Source: Methanobacteriota archaeon | GTDB taxonomy: Archaea > Thermoplasmatota > Poseidoniia > MGIII > CG-Epi1 | Direction: 5' to 3' | DNA length: 64,000 bases | Assembly (NCBI GenBank): GCA_014240255.1 | Contig: JAAZXG010000003.1 | Coordinates: 7,087 to 71,086, forward strand | Part shown: in pieces, positions 42,344 to 51,022 of the stretch | How positions within the stretch are numbered: position 1 is the stretch's first letter | Layout of the letters: each line of letters starts with the position of its first letter | Program-made: the position numbers and the translations under genes | Notes under the pieces: model-generated | What the model was told of the DNA's origin: nothing | Database searches by the model: none | Seen by the model: only the letters and a program-made list of their open reading frames with translations

Positions 42344-43519
42344 GTGGAAATTGTAGATGTTGCAGTAGTAGGTGGTGGTCCTGCAGGTTCATCAGCTGCT
42401 CGAGAGGCTTCTGAAAGAGGTCTTTCGGTGTTGCTTTTTGATCATGCACATCCTCGGAGAAAGGCCTGTGGCGGAGGTTTACCAGTTAAGGGAATTGAGT
42501 GGATGGATGCGCCAGATAGTGCAATTGAATGTGAAATGAGTTCAATTTCCTTTACTTATAATAAAACAAAACTCAAGATTCCGGTAAATACAGGTAAACT
42601 GATTAGAAGAGATGATTGGGATTTTTATTTGTATAATCGAGCCAAAGAAGCAGGTGCTGGACACGTTGTTGAAAGAGTTAAATCATTAACTTTTAAAGAT
42701 GAAATTTGGACAATTAATGAAAAATATAAAGCAAAATATATTATTGGAGCTGATGGCGTAAATGGATTTACACGTAGACACTTTATGGAAAAAATCTCTA
42801 GAGATAATCTGTTTGCAGCAGCAGGATATTATTTAGATATTAAGCCGACTGAAAATGAAGTCGAATTTATTGTTGGCGCTCTACCTGGAAAGGAAGGCTA
42901 TCTGTGGGTTTTTCCTAAGAGTGATCATTACAATATTGGCTATTGTTATAATGCCGGAACTCCAGGTATGAAAGATGCCTTACATAAATTAATGCAAGAA
43001 AGGTGGCCTGGTGAGTTTGTAGAAAATAGTAAATGGAAATTATCCGAAACTGGAGAAATAATTGACTGTAAGCAATTCGGTTCAGCCATACCTTCCTATA
43101 ATGATCCTAAACTTTTTGATGTTCCTGTTTCAGGTGAAACATGGGTTTTGTGTGGTGACGCAGCAGGGCATGTTAATCCAATTCATGGTGAAGGTTTGAA
43201 TCATTCAGTGTTGGGAGGTCGTTTGGCAGCTAAAGCAGTATCTAAAAAAGATCCAACTCTTTTTGAAAAATATTGGCGCTCTCATTATAGCCGAGACATG
43301 TATCGGGCAGCTAGTACTAAGCACAAAATATATCGTTCTTTCTTCATGCGTGTTGGTTTTGCATTGGGCCGTACTCCTGCAATGTACGATATGTTAGCTA
43401 GCCTTACTAGGGGCGAATATGAGGGTAAAGCCACACGTTCATTCTGGGTTAAGCTTCCTCTTGCCTTACTCCAAGCTACTTTTGGTATGAAGCATAAAGC
43501 TCTCAAAGCTATAACCTAA
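42344..43519 (+). CDS. geranylgeranyl reductase family FAD-dependent oxidoreductase
   Basis: GGGPAG, KACGGG, GADG, GYLWVFPK, GDAAG.VNP..GEG. Confidence 0.88.
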   Translation: MEIVDVAVVGGGPAGSSAAREASERGLSVLLFDHAHPRRKACGGGLPVKGIEWMDAPDSAIECEMSSISFTYNKTKLKIPVNTGKLIRRDDWDFYLYNRAKEAGAGHVVERVKSLTFKDEIWTINEKYKAKYIIGADGVNGFTRRHFMEKISRDNLFAAAGYYLDIKPTENEVEFIVGALPGKEGYLWVFPKSDHYNIGYCYNAGTPGMKDALHKLMQERWPGEFVENSKWKLSETGEIIDCKQFGSAIPSYNDPKLFDVPVSGETWVLCGDAAGHVNPIHGEGLNHSVLGGRLAAKAVSKKDPTLFEKYWRSHYSRDMYRAASTKHKIYRSFFMRVGFALGRTPAMYDMLASLTRGEYEGKATRSFWVKLPLALLQATFGMKHKALKAIT

Positions 43520-43581
43520 TGTATTCTGGATAGCTTTATTAAACCCGTTGAGTCGGACGGTTTCCTGAAGAGACATATAGT

Positions 43582-43860
43582 ATGAAATTACCACGACGAA
43601 TCAAGATGTATAGTCCATTCGCAAAGAAGCATACTCTTCACGAAGTTGAGGTTGTAAAAAAGAAGCGGGCATCTGAATTAGCAAGAGGTCAAAGACTTTT
43701 CAGGAGAGTTACAGCAGGTTATGGTGGTTTTCCAAGGCCTAAACCAGAAGGTAGAGAGAAACCAACTAAGAGAGTATATTTGAGATACAGATGTACGGAA
43801 ACAGGTAAAGCTCACCACAGGAAAAATTTTAGAGCTAAAAAGTTTGAGTTAACGGAGTAA
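43582..43860 (+). CDS. rpl44e: 50S ribosomal protein L44e (eL42), Zn-knuckle cysteines largely lost
   Basis: [18 protein letters not shown]...LRYRC; first CxxC reads SPFA, second reads CTET. Confidence 0.95.
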   Translation: MKLPRRIKMYSPFAKKHTLHEVEVVKKKRASELARGQRLFRRVTAGYGGFPRPKPEGREKPTKRVYLRYRCTETGKAHHRKNFRAKKFELTE

Positions 43861-43862
43861 AA

Positions 43863-44039
43863 ATGGCAGGCCCACGTAGTAAATTTATTAAAGTAAAAAG
43901 CCCAGATAGCGATTATACTGTAGTGATATTTGATAAATGTGACTCTGTAGTCACAGATCCAGTTACAGGTTCAACGATAGCATTACCGACAGGCGGTAAA
44001 GCTAAGATTCTTGGAGAAATCCTCGAGGAACTTGAGTGA
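43863..44039 (+). CDS. rps27e: 30S ribosomal protein S27e (eS27), Zn-free variant
   Basis: Hand translation MAGPRSKFIKVKSPDSDYTVVIFDKCDSVVTDPVTGSTIALPTGGKAKILGEILEELE; canonical L44e-S27e-aIF2a synteny. Confidence 0.93.
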   Translation: MAGPRSKFIKVKSPDSDYTVVIFDKCDSVVTDPVTGSTIALPTGGKAKILGEILEELE

Positions 44040-44809
44040 GTCCCCAGGGCAGTCCAGAAGAAGGTGAATACGTAATAGGGCGAGTTATTGAAGTTAAAGA
44101 TTTTGGAGCAACATTAAATTTATTGGAATTTTCAGAACGCAAGGCCTTTGTACATATTTCGGAAGTTGCTTCAGGTTGGGTAAAATATATTCGAGATTTT
44201 ATTCGTGAAGGGCAAATGGTTGTTGCTAAAATAACAAGAGTTAAGGATGGAAGTAAGATTAGTGATGCTTCGGTTCGTCAAGTTTCAGGACACCGGAAAC
44301 AAGAAAAAATAAGAGATTGGAAAAATGAGCAGAGAGCTTCGAAATTATTAGAATTAGTTTCATCTCAGTCTAATCTAGATCATGAAAAATTAGTTGACGA
44401 AATAAAGAATGATATGATTAATGCTTATGGAAGTATGTATTCTGCTTTTGAAAGTTCATTGATGGATGAATCTTTGTTTAAGAAAGAATGGAAAGGTAAA
44501 TGGGTTGATAATTTTATTAAAATTGCAATTGATAATGTCACACCTCCCTATGTTTCTATAGGTGGTAAATTTGATTTAGTATCTCAAGATCCTAAGGGCG
44601 TTGAAAAGGTTAAATCTGCATTAATGAAACCTTCTGCAGTTAATGAAAATACTCTTTTGAAGATATCTACTAATGGCTCTCCTTCATATCGTATATCTAT
44701 TAAGGCACCTAATTACAAACAGGCTGAAGATGAATTGAAATTGGCCGTTGATTTAGTTCTTAAGACATTTAAGTCCGATGGTGGCATAGGTTCATTTGAG
44801 AGGTCTTAA
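44036..44809 (+). CDS. translation initiation factor aIF-2 alpha
   Basis: PEEGE, S1 domain HISEVASGWVKYIRD, YRI...APNYK. Confidence 0.95.
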   Translation: MSPQGSPEEGEYVIGRVIEVKDFGATLNLLEFSERKAFVHISEVASGWVKYIRDFIREGQMVVAKITRVKDGSKISDASVRQVSGHRKQEKIRDWKNEQRASKLLELVSSQSNLDHEKLVDEIKNDMINAYGSMYSAFESSLMDESLFKKEWKGKWVDNFIKIAIDNVTPPYVSIGGKFDLVSQDPKGVEKVKSALMKPSAVNENTLLKISTNGSPSYRISIKAPNYKQAEDELKLAVDLVLKTFKSDGGIGSFERS

Positions 44810-44964
44810 TGCAAACATTAATTTTTCAATGTAAAAAGTGTAAAACTTTTACGACTTTAGATAAATGTAATGATTGTAATCTTTCAACTATAAATCCATT
44901 GCCTCCTAGATATTCACCCCAAGATAAATATGGTAAGTATCGTCGCATGCTTAGGAAGGAATAA
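44809..44964 (+). CDS. nop10: H/ACA RNP protein Nop10
   Basis: Hand translation MQTLIFQCKKCKTFTTLDKCNDC...PPRYSPQDKYGKYRR; synteny; TAATG couplings on both sides. Confidence 0.93.
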   Translation: MQTLIFQCKKCKTFTTLDKCNDCNLSTINPLPPRYSPQDKYGKYRRMLRKE

Positions 44965-45719
44965 TGACTTTTACCGAAATAGTTTGGACCAATGAGATTA
45001 AGTTAGAAGATGCTATTCTTCTTGAAGGTCTTCCAGGGGTAGGCAATGTTGGAAAATTAGCAGCAATGCATCTTATTGATGAGCTCAAAGCAAAAAAATG
45101 CATGGAAATTTATTCTTCTCATTTTCCACCACAAGTATTGATTGATGATGATGGAATTGTAAATTTAGTGAATAATGAGTTATACTATTATAAGAATAAA
45201 GAAGGTAGGGATTTACTTTTCTTGGTTGGAGAATATCAAGGAATGGATTCCTCAGGTCAGTATGATCTTTGTCAGAAATTAATAGAAATTGTCAAGGATA
45301 TAGGCGTTACTACAATTTATACGCTTGGAGGTTATGGGCTTGGTAAGTTAGTTCCCGAACCTCGGGTACTAGGTGCAGCAACTTCAAAAGAGATAGTAAA
45401 ATTGTTTAAGAAAGCAAATGTTGAATTTATTGATGGCGAACCAGGTGCCGGAATTGTTGGTGCTTCGGGTTTATTACTGGGTCTTGGTAAATTACAAGGC
45501 ATTCATGGTGGTTGTTTAATGGGAGAGACTAGCGGATATATGGTTGATCCAAAGTCTGCCAGTATTGTTTTAAAATCACTTCAAAAATTATTGGGTGTAA
45601 AAATTAATCTTAAAGAATTAGAAGAAAGAGCCAAACAGGTCGATTCAATAACGAATCAATTAAAAGATATAGATGCTAAAGAATCCATTGATAAACCAGA
45701 TGTTAACTACATTGGTTAA
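44964..45719 (+). CDS. PAC2 family proteasome assembly chaperone
   Basis: EGLPGVGNVGKLA, S.HFPPQV, TLGGY, CLMGETSG...DP. Confidence 0.92.
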   Translation: MTFTEIVWTNEIKLEDAILLEGLPGVGNVGKLAAMHLIDELKAKKCMEIYSSHFPPQVLIDDDGIVNLVNNELYYYKNKEGRDLLFLVGEYQGMDSSGQYDLCQKLIEIVKDIGVTTIYTLGGYGLGKLVPEPRVLGAATSKEIVKLFKKANVEFIDGEPGAGIVGASGLLLGLGKLQGIHGGCLMGETSGYMVDPKSASIVLKSLQKLLGVKINLKELEERAKQVDSITNQLKDIDAKESIDKPDVNYIG

Positions 45720-47608
45720 GTTGTATTAATTGATTCTAAATTAAATAAAACCAATCCATCTTTAGCATCTACACCAGCTAATTTTCGATATTCATTTTCA
45801 GAATTGTCATTTCCCTTCTTTTCCAAAAAATAGGCATAACTTCCGGCAGTACTAACATCAATATTACTTGTATAATAGTCAAGATTCAATTCAAGATTTC
45901 CTTGACTCAAATCACTTATTATTAGGGCATAATTTAGTCCTCCACCTAGGTCAAATATAGATGTAGGTGATACGAGACTTTGCTTGGAAACTAAATTCTG
46001 ACCTAATGATAATTCAACTTTGTTGTAATTCACATTTTGGGAATCCACGGCCCAATTACTTATTTCTCCAAAATTGGTCATAACTTCTTCAGCAGAACAG
46101 ACTGTAAGAGGTTCAGGTATGTCATTCATTGTCATAATAGGATTATCAACAGTCTTTTCTTCTCCTGTGATATTTTCGTTATACTGTAAATTCCAGCCAT
46201 CAACAGTTTGTTCTTGTTCACTATAATGAGCCATTGTAAAATTCCATGTTCCACTTGGTTCTGGATATTTTGCTTCTATAACAAAAGCACTTTCGTTAAT
46301 TGCAGAAGAGGGTCTTTCATCTAAATTTTTTTGATTAGTTATGTATTGGTTAAAATCATCTATCTCATTCGTTCCTTTCTCAATTCCTGTCTGTAAGTTG
46401 AAAGAAGAATTCAAACCACAATTTCCACTTCCAAATGCAGGTGCTCCATCTATCCATGGACTAAAGTCTCCAGTTTTTACTTTTGAATTACTTTTATAAG
46501 ATGTAGTGGGAATTTCGGTATGTCCTTTAATTTTTTTAGATACAAGTCCCTGATATTCAATATTAATTTTATACATTGTCTCCATAATTGAGCTCAAGTC
46601 CGAGCTTAAACTCATTTTAAATTTAAAAGGCATACTGCTAGTTTCGGTCATATAAAATTCAAATTTATATTCATAATGTCCTTGATAACCTGCAAATTCA
46701 GAGATAAGTGATGAACTTACAGTTAGTAACGCAGTTTCTTCATTATCTATTTTACCTCCATTATCCACTTTCCAATTAAATTCAATACCTCCTTCATCTA
46801 TTATTCCTTCAGTTCCCTCTGTTAATATTTTTCCAATATAGGCCTCGCCATGTGGTAGTAATCCAGGTTCGATATCTCTTGGGATCCAATCAGTCGCTCT
46901 TTGTAAATACCAAGTCTTTCCAGTTAGTATATCTGAATACGAGGCATTTGATTCGATTTCACTTCTAATATTTTCAAGAGAAGTTGGATCTACAAATTGT
47001 TTCTGTGATGTCAGAGCTTCGGCATTTTCAAAATTATTTGAACTAAAATCTCCTTCACGAGTTATTGTTCCATCAATATCTTCCAGATCTTGAATTAAAT
47101 ATTTTTCAAAACCATCTTGTTCATTACCATATCCATCAATTATCCCCGTCGGTGCGTTAATTCCTATTTGCAGTTTTCCCGAAAAAATAAGGTTTAATTG
47201 ATTGATGATAATATCGTTATCAATGAATCCTAGTGGCAATGGAATATCAAGAGTACTTTCAAAGTTTATGCTGCCTTCAATATCATATGTCATTTGTTCT
47301 CCATATTTTTCATAAGGTACGTTCACTACTATATTTTGTTCCGCAAACAAAAAGAATAGAGTTCCAGTTAGAATAAGTATTACTGTTACTCCAATCGCCC
47401 CAATAGCCTTGATATTGATGCCTTCATTATTTTCAATTACTGGGACTGTCCAATTATCAGCTTCAGTAATTTTATTATCATTTAAGTTTAAATCATCATT
47501 AATTTCAGGTGAAGGTGAAGAAAGATCTAAGGCGTCTTCTTCTTCTCTATCTTCTTCTGTAATTTCGGAATTAGCACCCGAATTCCACAGTTCGTCATCC
47601 AAACTCAC
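45716..47608 (-). CDS. single-pass membrane protein with large acidic external domain, unknown function
   Basis: Acidic disordered N-terminus, one TM (IGAIGVTVILILTGTLFFLF), ~540-aa beta-rich domain with several NxS/T sequons. Confidence 0.78.
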   Translation of the reverse strand: MSLDDELWNSGANSEITEEDREEEDALDLSSPSPEINDDLNLNDNKITEADNWTVPVIENNEGINIKAIGAIGVTVILILTGTLFFLFAEQNIVVNVPYEKYGEQMTYDIEGSINFESTLDIPLPLGFIDNDIIINQLNLIFSGKLQIGINAPTGIIDGYGNEQDGFEKYLIQDLEDIDGTITREGDFSSNNFENAEALTSQKQFVDPTSLENIRSEIESNASYSDILTGKTWYLQRATDWIPRDIEPGLLPHGEAYIGKILTEGTEGIIDEGGIEFNWKVDNGGKIDNEETALLTVSSSLISEFAGYQGHYEYKFEFYMTETSSMPFKFKMSLSSDLSSIMETMYKINIEYQGLVSKKIKGHTEIPTTSYKSNSKVKTGDFSPWIDGAPAFGSGNCGLNSSFNLQTGIEKGTNEIDDFNQYITNQKNLDERPSSAINESAFVIEAKYPEPSGTWNFTMAHYSEQEQTVDGWNLQYNENITGEEKTVDNPIMTMNDIPEPLTVCSAEEVMTNFGEISNWAVDSQNVNYNKVELSLGQNLVSKQSLVSPTSIFDLGGGLNYALIISDLSQGNLELNLDYYTSNIDVSTAGSYAYFLEKKGNDNSENEYRKLAGVDAKDGLVLFNLESINTT

Positions 47609-47664
47609 AATTGTTACGAATCGTTATTCTATTTTAGAGTAATGCTGGAATTATAACATCAATT

Positions 47665-47943
47665 TTATGATTTTATAATTGCTACAAGGAAAATAATGAT
47701 CCCGATTATTCCCCCTAACATCCCACCGAGGAAAGCAAGCATTCCATTCATAAACGACACACTAGGATGAGCGTCCATTCCCATTTCAGCCAAGTAGTAT
47801 GCCAATCCAGCACCAACAATTAGGAATACGAATCCAATGTTTCTGGTTTTGCTACTTCCGTAATAGGCTATGAGTAATCCCATACCTAACATAGATAGCA
47901 TGGCACCAACAAAACCCATTGAGATTATTAGTTCAGTATTCAT
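47665..47943 (-). CDS. small 3-TM membrane protein
   Basis: AYYGSSKTRNIG loop between TM1 and TM2; paralog of its neighbour. Confidence 0.8.
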   Translation of the reverse strand: MNTELIISMGFVGAMLSMLGMGLLIAYYGSSKTRNIGFVFLIVGAGLAYYLAEMGMDAHPSVSFMNGMLAFLGGMLGGIIGIIIFLVAIIKS

Positions 47944-48395
47944 TCTTTTTCCTCCGATTTTTCTTCTTTATTTTCAGTTTGATTTAGTTCTTCTTCGAGC
48001 TTTTTCAATTCTTCATCTAAATCCAAATCTTCAAGATCTTCTAAGTCCAAATCTTCTAAATCATCTACCGTATCTACTTTCATAAGAACAAAGAGTATCA
48101 TAAACATTCCTATTATCATTCCACTAAGTGCAGAAACTCCTGAGACTAATGCATCCTTGAATGTTGCACTTTCAAATTGATCAGGCATGATGCCTATTGT
48201 TCCAAATGCCATATCAATAACGAAAGTTAGAGTTATTATTCCTAAAAACAATAATCCGAAACCAATTTTTTGAGATTTCCCAGCTCCAAAGTACGAAGTA
48301 AAAATTCCAGTGCTCAGTAATGCGACTCCTATTCCAACAATTAACATAGATACAAAAAATTGCATTATGTCTAGATTATCAGTGCTCATGTCCAT
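47940..48395 (-). CDS. 3-TM membrane protein with acidic tail
   Basis: SYFGAGKSQKIG loop; DLEDL-repeat tail; ATGA overlap with the next gene. Confidence 0.8.
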   Translation of the reverse strand: MDMSTDNLDIMQFFVSMLIVGIGVALLSTGIFTSYFGAGKSQKIGFGLLFLGIITLTFVIDMAFGTIGIMPDQFESATFKDALVSGVSALSGMIIGMFMILFVLMKVDTVDDLEDLDLEDLEDLDLDEELKKLEEELNQTENKEEKSEEKE

Positions 48396-48472
48396 ATAAT
48401 AGACTCTTAAGTCGACCTTATAAATCTAACTATCATTCGATTATGTTTTTTCTCGACGATAGGGTGGTTAAG

Positions 48473-48480
48473 TATATATA
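48473..48480 (+). promoter_or_regulatory. TATA box of the small repeat-protein gene
   Basis: TATATATA about 34 nt upstream of ATG 48514; GGTGA RBS follows. Confidence 0.55.
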
Positions 48481-48513
48481 CAGTCTACTTCCTGTTAGCA
48501 TGGTGAATAACTA

Positions 48514-48744
48514 ATGGCTGAAGTAGTAGCTAACACAGGAGTAAGTAAAGATTCTGGATATTTATATTATCTAGGAAAAGACGGTAACGTATGGCGAACC
48601 AAAATGGCTCGTGGCGGAAAAAAGACTGGTGGAGGCCCAGAGATGGTGGCTTCAGCAGGCGTTACTCGAGAAGATGGATTTCTTTACTACATAGACAAAG
48701 GTGGAAATGTAGCAAGATCTCCAATGGCCCGCGGCCGCAAGTAA
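48514..48744 (+). CDS. small basic protein with internal duplication (GYLYY.xKxGNV.R..MARG x2)
   Basis: Two ~33-aa halves clearly homologous; K/R/G-rich; TATA box and RBS present. Confidence 0.88.
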   Translation: MAEVVANTGVSKDSGYLYYLGKDGNVWRTKMARGGKKTGGGPEMVASAGVTREDGFLYYIDKGGNVARSPMARGRK

Positions 48745-48768
48745 GATTCCTCTCGAATCTTATAAATT

Positions 48769-48803
48769 TAGCCCTAGTATTTAGCTTGGGCTATCTTTTT
48801 TTT
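48769..48803 (+). terminator. hairpin plus U-tract terminator candidate
   Basis: TAGCCC...GGGCTA stem followed by TCTTTTTTTT. Confidence 0.5.
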
Positions 48804-48806
48804 ATG

Positions 48807-48893
48807 GCAGAGGTCGCTTAGCCCGGTATAGCGCCGGCCTTGAAAGCCGGTGGGATAATTCCCTCGGGGGTTCAAATCCCTCCCTCTGCGCCA
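48807..48893 (+). tRNA. tRNA-Ser(TGA), CCA encoded
   Basis: GCAGAGG/CCTCTGC acceptor, CCGGC-CTTGAAA-GCCGG, long variable arm, GCCA. Confidence 0.97.
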
Positions 48894-48900
48894 CTTTGTA

Positions 48901-50838
48901 TTAAGCTAGTTCCAAAGTTTTGCTTCTAGAAAAACTTTCAGATTTAATTTCTTTGAGAAACTTTTCTAATAAGATGTCATTCTTTTGATTGCCATTTCGT
49001 GCCCTTATAGATATTGTATTATTCTTAACTTCATCATCTCCAACGATTGCCATATATGCGGGTCTCATTTTACGATGCATTCTTATTTTTTTACCAATAG
49101 TATGATCTGAATAATCAGCTTTTACTCGTATGCCTAAAGTTTTTAATTGTTTTTCAACTTGCATTGCATAGTCATTATGTTTTTCTGAAATAGTTATCAA
49201 TTGTACTTGGATTGGTGAAAGCCATGTAGGAAAGTTACCAGCCCAATTTTCAGTTAAGAAGGCTACAAACCGTTCATGTGTTGAGAGTGGGGCTCTATGG
49301 ATTACAAATACTTCATTATTTTCAGTGCCTGAGTCGTCCATAAATGTCAGTCCAAATCTCTCTTTAGCAGCGAAGTCTAATTGTATTGTAGACATCGATT
49401 CTTCTCTTCCCAAGAGTGTGGTAAATTGAATGTCGATTTTAGGGCCATAAAATGCAGCTTCGCCTATACTTTCTTCATATTTTACTCCTAGATCATTTAA
49501 AATTTGTCTAAGATGATTTTGGGATGTCTTCCAATTTTCGGGTTGGTCAATATATTTATCGGTATTTTCAGGATCCCATAATGATAATCTGAAGTGATAA
49601 TTATCAAATCCAAATGCTTCATAATAATCTTGAACCATTTTTATATTATTTTCAACTTCTTGCGCAATTTGTTCAAGAGTACAATAGATGTGAGCATCAT
49701 TCATAGATAGCATTCTGACTCGTAATAAACCAGATAATGTACCGGAGAGTTCATTTCTATATACAGTTCCATATTCTGCAATTCTCACTGGTAACTCGCG
49801 ATATGATCGTTTTTTATTACGATAAATTAAATGATGCATAGGACAATTCATAGCTTTGAGATAATAGGTTCCATCGTCCATTTTCATTGGAGGATACATG
49901 GATTCAGCATAGTGAGGAAGATGGCCGCTAGCTTCAAAGAGTTGTTTTTTGCCGAGTACTGGAGTTGTGACCTTTTCATAACCATATAGCTCTTCAGTTT
50001 CATTTGCAAATTTTTCAATTTCGTTCTTTAAGATTTCTCCATTTGGTAGCCATATCGGCAATCCTTTACCAATTAATTCATTAATCATATAGAGTTCCAT
50101 TTCTTTGCCTATTTTTTTATGATCTCTAAGGGCAGCTTCACGAAGTTGTTTTTCTCTTTCTTTTAAGTCATTTTTACTAGCATAACACATTCCATATATT
50201 CGAACTAGTGATTCACGATTCGAATCAGCTCTCCAATATGCTTGACTAGTACTTGTTAGTTTAAACCATTGTAATTTAGAGGTACTAGATACGTGAGGGC
50301 CTTTACACAAATCTATGAAATCGGCTTGTTTGTATGCCGATGAACCATTTTTTTGGCCGAGTTTATCATCTATTATTTCTATCTTAAATTGATTTTCAGA
50401 AAATATTTTTCTTAGAGTATTATTATCATGTTCTTCTCTTATAATACTAATATTTTGTTTTACCATTTCTTTCATTTTCTTTTCTATCTTCTTTAAATCA
50501 TCATCATTAATAGGATCCATATAGAAATCATAATAGAATCCATCATCTACAGGTGGTCCAATTGTTGGTTTTGCCTTTGGGAATAATTCTGTAACTGCTT
50601 GAGCTAAAAGATGAGCGCATGAGTGTCTTAGAATATAGAGTCCTTCATCTGAATCAGCTTTAATTAGGTCAATTTTACAATCTTTTAATAATTTATGTGA
50701 AAGATCATATTCTTTTTCTTCGATTAAAACAGCTACAGCTCCAGATTTACGGCCATACGTTTCCTTAACAACATCTTCAGCACTGATTCCACTATCAAAT
50801 TGTTTTGCTTCTTTATCTTCAAAATTAATTTTAATCAT
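48901..50838 (-). CDS. thrS: threonyl-tRNA synthetase (bacterial type with TGS and N2 editing domain)
   Basis: RHSCAHLLAQAV, DLCKGPH, RDHKKIG, KAMNCP.H, YRNE.SG, AAFYGPKID, IHRAP. Confidence 0.97.
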   Translation of the reverse strand: MIKINFEDKEAKQFDSGISAEDVVKETYGRKSGAVAVLIEEKEYDLSHKLLKDCKIDLIKADSDEGLYILRHSCAHLLAQAVTELFPKAKPTIGPPVDDGFYYDFYMDPINDDDLKKIEKKMKEMVKQNISIIREEHDNNTLRKIFSENQFKIEIIDDKLGQKNGSSAYKQADFIDLCKGPHVSSTSKLQWFKLTSTSQAYWRADSNRESLVRIYGMCYASKNDLKEREKQLREAALRDHKKIGKEMELYMINELIGKGLPIWLPNGEILKNEIEKFANETEELYGYEKVTTPVLGKKQLFEASGHLPHYAESMYPPMKMDDGTYYLKAMNCPMHHLIYRNKKRSYRELPVRIAEYGTVYRNELSGTLSGLLRVRMLSMNDAHIYCTLEQIAQEVENNIKMVQDYYEAFGFDNYHFRLSLWDPENTDKYIDQPENWKTSQNHLRQILNDLGVKYEESIGEAAFYGPKIDIQFTTLLGREESMSTIQLDFAAKERFGLTFMDDSGTENNEVFVIHRAPLSTHERFVAFLTENWAGNFPTWLSPIQVQLITISEKHNDYAMQVEKQLKTLGIRVKADYSDHTIGKKIRMHRKMRPAYMAIVGDDEVKNNTISIRARNGNQKNDILLEKFLKEIKSESFSRSKTLELA

Positions 50839-51022
50839 GGATATTTAGGTGCCTCTTCCGCCTATTAGTAAGTAGCCATTAATCCTTTGCCTACTAAAAA
50901 TAGTCTCTGAAAGAGATATTAGATAATTAGTCATAAATTAATTGTGGAAGCTTCCATTACAAAAAGTCTTCTATCAGGTAAATGCTTATACCTCATCTAC
51001 TGTGTGATTTTGGAGATAACCA

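Noticed and set aside
48901..50838. Bacterial-type ThrRS as a sign of contamination or chimerism
   Set aside because: Bacterial-type ThrRS is established in Thermoplasmatota; composition and the flanking archaeal genes are consistent with a single genome.
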